A stretch of DNA of 63,782 nucleotides, the filler included, from Choristocarpus tenellus KU-1152 (taxonomy: Eukaryota; Protista; Phaeophyceae): NCBI GenBank assembly GCA_964200185.2. It is 13 parts of 13 records of this genome, joined end to end, with 100 filler letters (N's around TTAATTAATTAA, not from the genome) between each part and the next. Parts side by side here need not be neighbours in the genome. Positions count along the whole stretch, not along the records: positions 33,925 to 43,920 come from CAXNAD020003218.1; positions 44,021 to 48,471 come from CAXNAD020014488.1; positions 48,572 to 52,800 come from CAXNAD020015581.1; positions 52,901 to 55,835 come from CAXNAD020023531.1; positions 55,936 to 59,170 come from CAXNAD020021347.1; 8 more parts are not named here. One strand, given 5' to 3'. Positions 43,501-56,645 of the stretch are shown piece by piece (within the stretch, counting starts at the first letter, position 1; the number at the start of each line of letters is the position of its first letter). Position numbers and translations under genes: made by a program. Under the pieces are notes generated by a model. It searched no databases. It was not told the origin of the DNA and worked only from the letters and a program-made list of their open reading frames with translations.

Positions 43501-45661
43501 CTGGATTTTACACCACATTGGATAAAACAAAACAGTAGATGCAATTGCAACATTCATTAATATCAACAACGGTGGGACGACTTAATGGTACAGATTGGGA
43601 AGAGACTGACTGCATCAGAAAATACAAAATGGGATTTGTTGGGAGGATCACTACATGTAAAAAAAAACAAACTGCAGTTGCATTGACCAAACTTTTTTTC
43701 TTTTTTCTTTTTTTATCTCTGATATCGTTTCATCATGTTTCACAGGGATTTTAGGGCTCTGGACTCACTTCACACACCTTCCTAGGAATCTTTTTTACTT
43801 TTCCTCCACTTCTTCAACATCGTGTCAACCTCACTCTAAAGCCCTTCAAGGTGCATCTTGTCAGTTCAAACATTTTTTTCAAAACTGCATTGTACCCCCC
43901 CCCCCACTCCTCCTCCCCCTNNNNNNNNNNNNNNNNNNNNNNNNNNNNNNNNNNNNNNNNNNNNTTAATTAATTAANNNNNNNNNNNNNNNNNNNNNNNN
44001 NNNNNNNNNNNNNNNNNNNNAACAATAAATTTTGGCCCCCAAACGGACGCAGCTCTACCCTGTAAAGTACTTCGACTCATATATAATTTCTACCCCTCGC
44101 CTATCATGACAAAACAAGCGGGACCTCCCTATCTTATCTCCTGCTCATCATGCAGGACATGTGTTTGCGTTCACCACATGACCAGCGACCTATTGGTCCA
44201 ATGCTTGAGGGAAAACTGGAACAAAGTACACTCGAGGACGGTGGTTGGTGACGATTACGAACGCCCTTGTGCCTGTACCTGCGATTTCCTTGACAAGGGC
44301 AAAGGATGTGGTTCTGAAGATGTCAAGACTGCACTTGAGAGCTTTCCATTTTATGGAGTTCTTCCTATGAGTTTATGCTGGTCCAAAGCTACAACAACGT
44401 CCAACTAACCCTAACCACGACAACATACACACCATACACACCACCACCCTCTCCCAGCACCAACATACAAATCAAATAGCTGCTCTTAATCCATGTTTTG
44501 CATTTCGATGTAAACGTCTGCAAATTGCCCCTGGCCTTCACACATACAATACCATATCATGTCCAAGTCAGGACGTAAAACAACCCCCCGACCACGATTA
44601 AAATTGACTGCCCAGGTGGGAGAGGATCATCCTGGGGACCCTCGGCGACCAGTCCACAGGTGGTTGACAAGGTGGTTATAGAAGTTATTGTGTGGACGGC
44701 ACATATGCAATATATGCGACTGGACTAAGCCTCCCATGTGGAAGTGCCCTTGTATGATCAACGCCCACAGCATGATGGTAACATGGAATGAGTTTGTCTA
44801 CGCATATACCCCGACTGTGGAGGGGGACCTAGGAAGGAAAGACCTCCAACGAGATCAAGGTGTGTGATGTGTAGCTATGTATAGGAAACCCAAGAGCACC
44901 CTGTCATACAATCATATCCTCCCTACTGTTGTAATATTGGACAAGTTACAAAGGATCGATTTTTTTTTTGGAAAAAACCCCAGTAATTTCTATTATGTGT
45001 CACCCACTAACGCTGCACACTATCCCTGTCTTCACTTGTCGTGCCGAAGGCACTGTACTCTCGAACCCCTCTGCTATTTCCAGTTCCAAATTTGCCAGTT
45101 GTTTCCAACACAGTGACTCCAGTTCCATATTAACCAGTTGTTTCCCACAAATGATCGATATATCCCCTCGTTTCTTTTGAGAATAAATCCTCAAAAGTCT
45201 TAAGACACAGTCAGAATCACTGAATGTCTGACCTATTCAGAGTATATACTTTTATTATAATAATATATAACTTCAACTAGGTCCAGAATCGATCGATATA
45301 TATCCTTGTTTTTCTTAGGATAATTTATCCCAAGAGGCACAGAATACTACGAGAGACAGTTTGCATCTGGGCTAATCTGAGTATATTCTTGTTCCTTCTG
45401 AAACACAAAGTTGCGAAACATACATCGCTGACATGGCCTAGAATAAATGGGACCCCAGTTCCGATCTCCCTAGTCACAAATGTGATTAAGTCATCTCCAT
45501 GTTCTTCTTTTAAAATGTTCGTCCACAAGATCACAGGATACATTCTCATTCAAATTGCGTCTGCCTAATCCGGGTATGCCTGTTCCTTCTGAACTGGGAC
45601 TCCAAATAATAAAGATAAAAATGAAAGATAAAAAAATGCATCCTACATAAAAAAACGTTTA

Positions 45662-45971
45662 CTACAGGCGATTGTCACCGGTGAAGACAATGGATATCAT
45701 CAATCACCTCAGATCATCCTGTAGCAAGGAGAAAGAAGAGCAAAATAATACCTAACTCGTACTAGACCCAAAACATATATCCTTATCTTACTTGGGTAAA
45801 TCTGTCTGCATCTAGTAGCCTAATCTGAGTATACCTTCACTCTTTCTAAGTATCATATGATTATTGCCTGCCTCATGCCCCCCAGCTAATGGCAGCCAAT
45901 ACATGCTGCTGCAGCACGTTCTGAAGTGATGGATGATATATATTGTCTTAACTGGTGACAATCGCCTGTGG
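45662..45971. mobile_element. Tc1/mariner-type MITE with ~40-bp TIRs
   Basis: CTACAGGCGATTGTCACCGGTGAAGACAATGGATATCATC inverted to GATGATATATATTGTCTTAACTGGTGACAATCGCCTGTGG; TA on both sides. Confidence 0.7.
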
Positions 45972-48900
45972 TAAGTGTGAAACATGTATACCTAGTTCAT
46001 GCTGAGGGGCATGTTACAGGCGAGTAGCGAGAGTATTTCTTCCTGTGCTTTAACTGGCATGAGCATTGTATACACGTGAGGAACCTCAAAAGGGGGAACT
46101 CCAATTTGCTAAAAAGTTGCAGACTAAAATATGTAACTTGGGAAGGTCGCAAGGGTTCTCAGATATATTCCAACGTCTATAAACCAAAGAAGACCCAACG
46201 GTAAATGATTATAAGAGATCCTAATAACGACTCCAAATGGCTCAGTTCGGGTTCAGACACCCACATAAGACTCTCTTAACTGATACCTATCCACATTCAT
46301 ATGCTGATTGATTCAATAAGAGTATCCCTGTTCTGCTGAGCTGATGTTCGTTAGCCTGTGGATTGAACCCCTTTGACTGTCGGAGTTTTCTTGGAGCCTT
46401 GTACGAGCATCGGCGTCATCTATAGGCCTGTGGATTGGAGTTGCACATCCTGTGGAGGCAAGCTTCTGGGGAGTGCCTGTAACACGTACCGTCTAAGATA
46501 CTTTCAGTCCATACAAGGTAGGAGAGGTATGAGGACCAAATACGTCTCTCATAGGTCAGTATGACATACAGGACTATTCTGCAGGTGAACTTTTGTTTTC
46601 TCGAGCCTCATCCCTTAGATATCTAACCCGTTCAACTTGGTTTTTCTGCAAATACAATAATCTTGGCACGTCTCCTAGATGATCCTCGAAATTGCCTCCA
46701 TTTATACAATCCATTGGTTAAAGGAATCGCTTAAAATCAACAGCATCAATGGTTCTGCATACATTAAGTATCAAGTTTATCCCTCTCTCCAAGATATCCT
46801 ACTCTTGCTACATGTTGCGGCAACTCTATTTCGTTCCACTGCCTGTGCAGGTACTGCTAGGGCTGGGGGCAGCACTTCTTTCCGATGATGAAAGAGATTC
46901 TGGACCCACCAAAGGAGGAGGTGTGTATCACCCCATCAACACACGGAAGGTTCTGAAAACAATTATTCTTCAACATACTATGCGCCGTCCACTTACCATG
47001 AGACGTTCAGGATGGGCAGTAGTGATCCACTCAACGAAGGTAAAACAATGGGCTGGGGAGGGGATGAGGGGATGAGCCAAAATAGAGGCAAGTTGGGGGA
47101 GGTGGTGGAGGGACAGAGCACATAACAGCAGAGGAATGGATATCTACCTTCGCACAGAACAGAGTGCAAAATGAGGGTAGTATATCTCAGGGCAATACCG
47201 GTCTGGGAAATATTGGCCTGCCACCAGTCAAGGAAGAGGGAAGGTGGCACCTTCTCCGGTTCCTGCCGGAGATTCAAAGCGAGGAGTTCGACAAGGAGTT
47301 TGATGACAGGAGGGAAGCATGAGGATATCAGGAACTAACAGTGTCTGGTGGCGAGGGGAGTGACATTGGTAGAGGGAGAAGGGCACCAGGAACAATTGGC
47401 AGGGAGGGGAAAGATATCTTAGAAGATGCTACTGGTGCAGTTGCTGTGAATAACAGTCCAGAAAAAAGGGCTTAGCGACAGTGACAAGGAGACTTCGTTT
47501 TAGAGAGCCAGACAAAGGAGAAGAGATGTGGCACTACCCGTTCTTGACCAGACTATACACCTTTACAGCAAGAACTGCGGGCAGGCAGGTCATACGTCCA
47601 TGAAATTTCCTCACTCTACATGGTAAATAGTCATGGTGTGTTGCCACCTCTACATTGTTGGCCGTTGGTTGATACGCCTTGGTCAAACACAGGTAGGGAT
47701 AGTTTGGATGTTCTCGACATCAATATACTCCAATTGAGGGAATTGTATATTTAGAACACAGTGGCAGGTGGTCGAGTTTTTGGAGGGAAGAGCATATATT
47801 TTCAGGAAAATATTCGATCTACGGAGGTGGGGGGGGGGCTTGGAGTCTCCACCATGCCTCGAGGAGTGTCCTGTTGGCTGTACATTACAGGAAACATTTA
47901 TTTATGAAGAGTTAGCTGCTACATCTCTTGCTTCTAGACTGACAGATATTTTCTACAACATAGTTTGATCTCTCCTTTGTAGATAAATGAGTACAGGTGA
48001 GGAGACACCTACCTCAGTGAGCACCTCACAAGAGTATATTTATTGTTGTCTGAAAGATTTCACTGGCAGATTCTTGGTCCATGCATCTGCCCTCTGGTTT
48101 TCAGTACCAACAAAGAAACAAAACATAATCTCACAAAATATTGATGTCAGACATCATTGTACTATCCTAAACACCTCCCAGATCCTGGATTGAGAGGAGA
48201 CATGCCCTCTAGTGCTTGGGCGAATTATGAGGGGAAATGTGCTGATAGGAGTTGCCTCCTCCTCGACTTGAGGAAATAGATGATTAGGGGGGTTTCAAGT
48301 GCACGGAATGTGCCGAGAGTACATGTCACCACCTCCCTAATATTTGACTGGTTAACCCTCCTCCCGATACTCATGGCAAGCATTGTGGATAAACTTGATT
48401 GTAACCCCATCACCCACACAACAGGCAGATCTAGAGGAAAAGAGATCAAATGGGTCAAAGTATCTTGGGGGNNNNNNNNNNNNNNNNNNNNNNNNNNNNN
48501 NNNNNNNNNNNNNNNTTAATTAATTAANNNNNNNNNNNNNNNNNNNNNNNNNNNNNNNNNNNNNNNNNNNNATGGACAGCCGCCTCCCCCTCCCAGATAC
48601 TTTGAGCCATAGCATGACTTATATCAGGTATCACAGCTTCTCTGGAATGCCACTCATTCATGAACCGTTTTATATCAACTACACATCCATACCACCTTTC
48701 TTGACTAGTTGCCCGTGCACACCTCTTCTCATCCATTATCCCAAACGTTTAAAGGTCACCTTGCAGATATATTCACCGGTACATCTCCTGTCTACCTTCT
48801 ATTTTTCACCAGCAAGTTCCCCAAATAGCAATAACTCTGGGAGTCGCTTATCCCTCGTGTGTGAAACTGACCCTGTGAACTGAAGTCTCCATTTTCCCGT

Positions 48901-50288
48901 GGTCACTTTGATACCCCTGTACCAAATCCTTACAAGGGCATCTTTGTACTATAGAATGAGATCGGTGTGTTCTCGTTTGCAAAATCCAATGCAATGCAGA
49001 AATAATTTGGGACGATGGGAGTAAATTTTCGCATAGTGGACCTGGTGAAACGTGCATGTAACACAACCATTTAAGAGGAATTCAAGTACGTCAACCTTCA
49101 GCTGTTGAATTTCAAGCTCAAGTGATGATGCACCAACAAATACACCATTGAGGCGCTCGATTGTACTTGTACAAAAACTGCCCCAGGCTTTTGAACCCAT
49201 CAACTGATGTCGATGGCACTGATGGTGCCTCCACAGTGAGCAAACCTTTCATTCTTCTTGCAGCTCTTCCCCAAAGCCTAGATCTGCATAATGCTTGTGT
49301 TCTTGTTGAGAAATCAAAGGCACATGGTTTTTGTCATCAGCTTGGACACTGTCAGTCCAATACTCTAGCAACCTTCACATTCAGCAATATCATCCTGGGC
49401 AGACTTCCTTGTTTAGCATGGCAGCAAAGATGTTGAAGAGAATAGTGACAGGACACACCCTTGAGTTCATAGGTCATCTTGGAAGATATTAGTATCACTA
49501 TAAAAAACAATGAAGCAACATGGTTTATTCCCAAGTACTCAGAAATGATTTTTTTACGAGTATTTGATACTTCGAAGTACTACTTGAATTAGTACTGCGA
49601 AGTTTTTGAAGTAGTAGACCCCTAGGCACCAAGATATCAGGTGAGGGCTACTTTGTCCTTTGACTACCAGCTAGCGAACATATCTTGTCAGCTGTCTTTG
49701 GCCGCTATTTCGATGTACTGATACCAGATATATCGTAATATTCAATATCGTCATGTCATTGATACACTCTGATAGGACCAAGAAATCATGAAGGACTCAT
49801 GACTCTGAACCTTACAGGCTTGTTCCGGTTGTTCGCAGGTTTATGTGTTCGTGTGGAGGTTGGGCTTGGTGGAGTGGATCACATCACACAATCAGTGTAG
49901 AATGTAAAATATAAAGTATCTGCAGAGGATTCAACAAGAAATGGAAGGCATTCCCAACAGTTGAGGGCCAGCAAATACACACACTTTTCTGCCCGCCAAG
50001 CAATCGAGAAATCCAGACACTCATTCATTATCTTGCATATTTCCTACGCACATACTATATTTACAATATTACCCACTGTACTCTACAGTATTAGTACCAA
50101 AGTAACGGTCTAGTGACTATGCCGGTGCAGTAACAACAACACCCCTCTCACGACACACTGAGGTCAGACCAGACAATGATAGTGTACTGGGGAGTCGCTA
50201 CTTGAAGCCAGACAGAGAAAAGCGTGAGTCATCGTCTCTACAGAGCAACGGTCCGACTGGAGGATATTTCGACTGGAGTATTGCAACG

Positions 50289-52067
50289 ATGGGTGTATTT
50301 GGAGCGATTGGTGCGTGTTTGCTGTCATTCGCCGTGGTAGGAGATGCAAAATACCCTCAGGATGCTCTGATGTGCGTCTCCTCCCTCACGGAGCCAGATT
50401 TACTCCTTGTCTGTCCTGAGTTCAGGTTAGTGAACCTAAACATTTTGCCTGCAAGACGATTCTGCTCAACAATGCACCAGCAAGACAGTCTATAGTCCCA
50501 AACGTGAAAAAGAAGCAAAAAATGCATCCCTCCCTAGGCATGCCGTCAGTTGTCATGTACGGGCCCTAAGCAAATGTAGTTATAAACACCTTCCAAAGAC
50601 CCGCACTGAATACAGTTTCCGATCCCCTCCAACCCGCCTGTATGTACATCGATTGTATTCTACGTAGAATCACCCAGTCTACTTCAAGAATGGTGACCAA
50701 AAAATCCTCCCTGCTATTGAACCACCTCCTCAATTACTATCATCCTCCTCTCCCTCCTGAAGAAATTCCTACTGTGTGAAGGAGGAATCCACTCTGAGCG
50801 AGGCTGACTGCGGGCGATCTATCTACTTTGGGGATAAATGGAACTCACAGTGAGAAAGCTTAATCCCATCTGGCTCCGATTGCATATTGCCCGCAAACTA
50901 TATTGTAGAAACGTCCTCATTATGCTGAAATCACAGTTGCATCGAATCGCTGGCAATGCCATGGTCTTGCCCACCAACCTATAACGAGTTGGTGCGCTAG
51001 TGTATGGGCATGATACCTGCCCTATATCCTAATGAGGAATAAGTGTGCTATAGTTCTATTCCAAGTATAACGAAATCCCTTCTGACATTTTTTGTATAAT
51101 ATGTGCAAGGAAGTGCTATAACTGCACTTATCAATAGATATCACTTAAGAGTCAAGAATAGTTTACTATTTTTGCAGTTTCAGATAGTAATACACATCCT
51201 CTAGCATGACAGATCAATAATCTAGATTGTACTACATAAAATAGTGTGCACGAGAACTTGATCCATAAGTGGTCTTCACTCCTTGCTCACCATATTGGTA
51301 GGACTGGAAGGTGTGAGTATCGTAAGTGTCTAGACGAATGTGCGGAGTCCAGCTGGGACTTCGCTTTCGAGGGAGAGATCTACGAACGAAATCGCTTTTG
51401 CTGTGATTTTGACAACTGCAACGGTGAGCAGCGTATTCCATTCAATGCTCAGTTCTTTGGTAATAATCAAGATTGCTTCTTTGAAGCTCCCCATTTGCTT
51501 CTCTAGAGTTTTTCATTCGTAATACCTCCATCACAACTGAATATGTCTTCTACAAATCTCCTGCTCATATAGTCCCGCAGCATAACTAGTGAATGGAGTG
51601 GACCATTTATGAGTGTCTCTCGACCAGACAGACCTCACTCCAAATAGTGATATTCCAGTGACTTTACAAATGTACACTTGAAAGAGTTGCAGACTAGGTT
51701 TTGTGAAATGTTTCGTGTCGATTTATAATAAAACGAGCGTGAAACGATTATCTACACTTCTGGAATAGATAGGAAGTAGTGCACGAATCCTCTGACGTAA
51801 CACAAAGGCCATCCTACCGGTGAAAAGTGGTTTTCCATGTGTTTACCCCTCACCCTTAGCCTTGGCACCACTCACTCCAAGCTTGTGGAAGGAAGAATTA
51901 TTCAGCGAGAAGTTGTGTAACAACCTTGCCCATCCCTCCATACCCACCCTGAAATGGAAATTACCTCTCTTCCAGGAACAACACCACAGAGGCCTGGACT
52001 ATACCTACCAATGGTGACCGCTGTTCTTGTGATGCTGAGCGTAATATGCTTGGCACAAGTAGGATAG
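50289..52067 (+). CDS. Secreted, putatively GPI-anchored cysteine-rich protein with Ly6/uPAR (three-finger)-like domain, 145 aa
   Basis: Exons 50289-50425, 50763-50849, 51302-51423, 51976-52067, with GT-AG boundaries and matching phases. Signal peptide, 10 Cys ending FCCDFDNCN, hydrophobic C-terminal tail. Confidence 0.8.
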
Positions 52068-52402
52068 CAATACTGCAACATGCAACTTCTACAACAGAAT
52101 ATGATGCATGCAACAGAGTCAGTCCCCACCTCCCATCATTACTACCGCTTTAATTATTTTGAATGGAACATACACTTTTCCAAGAAGTGACTTCTTTGCA
52201 GGTGGAAAATAAATCGGTTACACCTTTCCAAAGGACAGACCATTAGACTATCACTTTCCCGAGGTACCAGTAAATCAAGCTTGGAATCCATGCAATCTTG
52301 TGTTTTTGAAGAGGGATGCAATAGACACTGTGGTGTAATGGGTTGAGAAGATCCTGCCATGCTTGACAAGAGTAACACATTCTGTCAGATGCAAATGCCA
52401 AT

Positions 52403-52661
52403 GAGTCAAAGTGAATGAGAGGTACCCAGAGTTGCATTTGGAGGATGCCGACAAATATGTACAAAATTCGACTTGTAAGAAAACTGTCTATAGAATATTG
52501 TCTGAACGACGTAAAAAAAAATCAAACAATAGAGAAATAAACACCCTCAAGTAGAACTTAGAACTTCATCCATACAAATATGGGTGAATTGTGAAAGACT
52601 CAAAATCAGGCTTAAAGTGCAAAACGACTTAAACCTGGATACCTCTCAGTTACTTTGGCTC
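52403..52661. mobile_element. MITE family C
   Basis: GAGTCAAAGTGAATGAGAGGTACCCAG...CTGGATACCTCTCAGTTACTTTGGCTC. Confidence 0.75.
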
Positions 52662-52900
52662 TATCTGGGGGCACCGAATAACCACTGAAATGAGCATATT
52701 GAGGAGCACAAGGCACTAGGGATGAACCCCAAGTTTGCTGTATCAACCAGTGGCAATTGCTCAAGCTTAACACCTGGATCGAAGTATCTGGGGGGGGGGT
52801 NNNNNNNNNNNNNNNNNNNNNNNNNNNNNNNNNNNNNNNNNNNNTTAATTAATTAANNNNNNNNNNNNNNNNNNNNNNNNNNNNNNNNNNNNNNNNNNNN

Positions 52901-53140
52901 GGTAGAGCCGCGTCCATTTGGGGGTCAAACTCTAATGTATCGATTTTGATGTAATTTTTGGTATTGTGTTTCTTAGGAAGTGTCAATATCAATGTTCTGG
53001 ACACACTTCTTCATTGCGTATACAATTTACCTACTCTGAAACATTTTGGAGTAGGAAAATGTCATTAAAAACCCCACGGGAAGCCAAGCCCCAAATGGAC
53101 AAACAGGGAAAAACTCGTACCCTCTAAGATACTTTCACTC
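52901..53140. mobile_element. MITE family A (cut by contig start)
   Basis: Matches 1028-1286; ends GTACCCTCTAAGATACTTTCACTC. Confidence 0.8.
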
Positions 53141-53248
53141 TGTTTCCCATACCAACACCTCCTAATGTTCCCCCCAGTTCCACTCAATCCATTTGCACCC
53201 TTTCCTGTCACGTTTGAGCTCCCCCCCCATCCCCTCCCTCCCACATAC

Positions 53249-55560
53249 CTTCCAGGGCGACATATACGTATCCAGCCAATAGCTTCGGCAGCTGTGAAGC
53301 AATAATGCTTCATGAGGTAGCAAGCAATACATGTACCAGTGCGGCCCAGGCCAGCCTGCCCCCCATGTCACCCCATTGCCGTGAGGAGAAGATAATGAGG
53401 TTGGATCGATATGTCAATAGAGGGCAGCAGGGTATGCACTAAAGGGTTTGCACCAAGATGAGGCGGTGGGAGGGGAATTAGAGAGGCAATCAAAAGTGTT
53501 TGTGAGCAACATCTCGTTGTCTGAAGTATGATCATTAGGGCATCGACAACCTCCTGTTAACTTCAGGAGCGCATAATGTCCTTACACAGAAATGCTTCTT
53601 CTGTAGGGAAATATGAAGGAGTGAAAGTATCTTAGAGGGTACGAATTTTGCCCTGTTTGTCCGTTTGGGGCTCGGCCTCCCATGTTTTTTGTTTAATGAC
53701 ATTTTTCCTACTCGGAGATGTTTTGGAGTAGGTAAAATGTATACGTTGTGAAACGGTCTGTCCAGAACAAGGATATCGACACTCCCTAACAAATGCGATA
53801 GCCAAAATTTCATCAAAATCGCAACATTTGGATTTTGGCCCCCAAACGGACGCAACTCTACCCTCTAAGATACTTCGACTCAAGTGATCAAGAGTTTATT
53901 ATCTATCAGAGCGTTCTCTAACTAGCACAGGGTGTGTTGCATTTAGCTCTTCACTCTGTTGATCTCGGAATGTATACTCCCCTGTACACATGCGGTCATA
54001 AATTCAAAAATTGGTTCAATGTTTACATATCGTACAGAAATCTTATTCAACATTCTCGTCTGCTCTGTTGTGCTGAAGCAAAAATGGGGATCTGACAGAG
54101 ATGTTTGAGGATTGCTCATGCTCCTGAAGAGACCTTGGGGATCAGTGTGACCTTTCATTATGGACCCTAGTTGGTACAGTAGAGCTGATTTCCCCTCGTA
54201 GAGAGGAAATAGATGCTTCATTCTACCAAGAAATACTCTGAAAGGCTCAAAGTATCTGGCGGAGGGGTGGCAGCTGTCCATTCGGGGCCCACTCTTCCTT
54301 GTGGCGATTTTTGGATGATTTGATAGGATGAGTCGGATGGATAATTTAAGTGTACGTTTCCTGGTCAAGGGCCCAAATGGACACCCTGGCGTAGCCCCCC
54401 TCCCCACCCACCCACCCCGATACTTTGAGCCCAAACTCCTAGAAAAGGACATAGAAATGGCATCCCCTTGGTGTGATATATGCTTACTGAATGAAGCACA
54501 ATATTGTTGATAATTATTCCTGTAGGCGAGACATATCCAGTGTGCAGATGGAGGTAGGCAGGTCAGGGCAGAAAGGAGATCTTCCATGTTCTCCATTGAA
54601 CACTACCATGCCACTATGCTCTGCTTCCAAAGTGCTTCAACAACATTGTATTGTGTAAAAAATTAATCTCTCCTGGTCTGATGGACAAAGTCGTTGCTAC
54701 AGTATCAACATAGCACATTATCGTTGAGGGTAGCCTGTTGTTAGAATAAGCCTCCCTGATACATCGAAGAACGGGTTTCATACGACACCTGTTAACATTG
54801 TTGAGTGCACATTATCCTCCAAACAATAACACTTCCTCCTTCAACAACGTCTTCTCTTATCCTCAAATAATATCTTCAGTGGATTCAAGGGTGGGTAAAC
54901 TTGCATGTCGTTCATGGACATCAACTAACTCGAAAACAATAAAATACTCAAATCATGATGATCTCTCTAAGATATTTATTACACTGGAGTATGTCTCAAC
55001 CTCAACACCCCCCTGAGGACCCAAATTATCTTGGGAGGGTGGGGGTCTACACCAGGGTGTCCATTTGGACCTAACCAGCAAAAGTGCAGTTACATTATCC
55101 ATCAGACACATGCAACCAAATCACACAAAAATCGTGACATGAAAAAAATGACCCCAAATGGACAGTCGCCACCCCCCCCCCCCAGACACTTTGAGCCTGA
55201 GTGGACAATCTGCAACAAGAATATATCCTAAGAATGTATGCAAGTGCTTGCCAAGGTACATATTCACACTCTGGGTAGGTGGCGAAAATTATGTTCTGGG
55301 GCACGTTTTCTTTTTCAGTCCCTCGGATTTCGACAAATTTCTACTTTCAGACCACAATATTGCTGGGTGAAAGTGTGTCGGATGGCCCTCCTCACCTTGC
55401 AATGTACAGCTACAGCTCCAGGGGTACCTTCACACATGAGCAAAAAGCGGTGCAAGAGAAGTGGTGGTGGAATGCCTCCGTCGATATAATAGAGATCCTT
55501 ATGGTCAATACCTGCCCTAATAAAGGCCTCCTCGTCATAGTATTTTCTGTTCAACCGCAC
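53249..55560 (-). CDS. CDC14: CDC14 dual-specificity phosphatase, two internal exons
   Basis: Exons 55560-55396 and 53355-53249 join to VRLNRKYYD...AVAVHCK|[18 protein letters not shown]...[12 protein letters not shown] (catalytic HCKAGLGRTG). Confidence 0.92.
53619..53881. mobile_element. MITE family A in CDC14 intron
   Basis: GAGTGAAAGTATCTTAGAGGGTA...TACCCTCTAAGATACTTCGACTC; AAG TSD. Confidence 0.88.
54244..54432. mobile_element. MITE family B in CDC14 intron
   Basis: GGCTCAAAGTATCT...GATACTTTGAGCCC; AAA flanks. Confidence 0.8.
55017..55197. mobile_element. MITE family B in CDC14 intron
   Basis: GGACCCAAATTATCT...AGACACTTTGAGCC; TGA(G) duplicated. Confidence 0.8.
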
Positions 55561-56645
55561 CTGATGACGTTTGGACAACCGGAATGTATGGGCATTGTGA
55601 CACGGGAGTGAGGATATCTGTACATATGCACAGGTGATGAAAATATACTATTTTCTGTTGTTGTGAGCATGGCAGCAGCATGGGGAAGTAGAAATTGCAA
55701 TGGCTCAAAGTATCTGGGGGGGGGGGGCAGCTGTCCATTTGGGGTCAATTTTTTCATGTCGCAATTTTTGGGTGATTTGGTTGCATATGTCGGATGGATA
55801 ATGTAAGTGTACTTTTCCTGGATATGATCCAAATGNNNNNNNNNNNNNNNNNNNNNNNNNNNNNNNNNNNNNNNNNNNNTTAATTAATTAANNNNNNNNN
55901 NNNNNNNNNNNNNNNNNNNNNNNNNNNNNNNNNNNTTTCCTAACCCCCCTTGCCCCCCCCCCCCCAACGATCCTCATTTAATGTATCTGACAGGCTCGAG
56001 GGTGCGTGATGAAGGCATTGCAGATTGGGGGGCATGTTCAGTAGGAATTGCAAAGAAGTTGAGATGGATGGACTTGGTTTAGCTGGTACTGGTGCTTATT
56101 AATATTCTTAGGGTTTGAGTTTTTGTTTGTTTATAAGTTGTGATTTGTGATTGGTGCAACCTAAGTTACTGTATGTCTGCAGGCACTAGTTAAGTCTGGT
56201 ATGTATGCTGAGCACTTTTCGTTGTGTTAGTTCAGTTGTTTGTTCAACACTCAAGTTGAAAACTTGCGTTATGTTTTCGTTGGATGATGATGATGATGAT
56301 GATATTGGTTTTCACCAACCAGAATGTAGTCTTTTGACAATGGTGTGTGGGTGGGCTCCCATGTGTATGCTACTCTACGTTCTTTTTTGGTCTTGATGTT
56401 AGGGTTGGCAATAAAGGGAACTTTTTTTTTGGGTAGCTCTCCCCAAACACTTGCAGTTGTATTACGTGATTTTGCGTCATCCCCTTCACATCACTGCATG
56501 CACAGCATCTTGCTACACAATTTTTTAGAACAATGAATTAATGTAACCATTGTGCCGCTCTGCGCTCCGCCCCCCCCCTTCCCACCCGCCCTTCCATGCC
56601 CTACCTACCCTGTTTATCGTTCTCCGCCATTGTGGGGCGACAAAG

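Noticed and set aside
46355-46380. tRNA T-loop-like GGTTCAATCC on the minus strand
   Set aside because: No cloverleaf or A-box upstream; I found no tRNA or rRNA in the window
53943-54596. 217-aa ORF
   Set aside because: Lies in the CDC14 intron, reads through a family B MITE and has no recognisable motif
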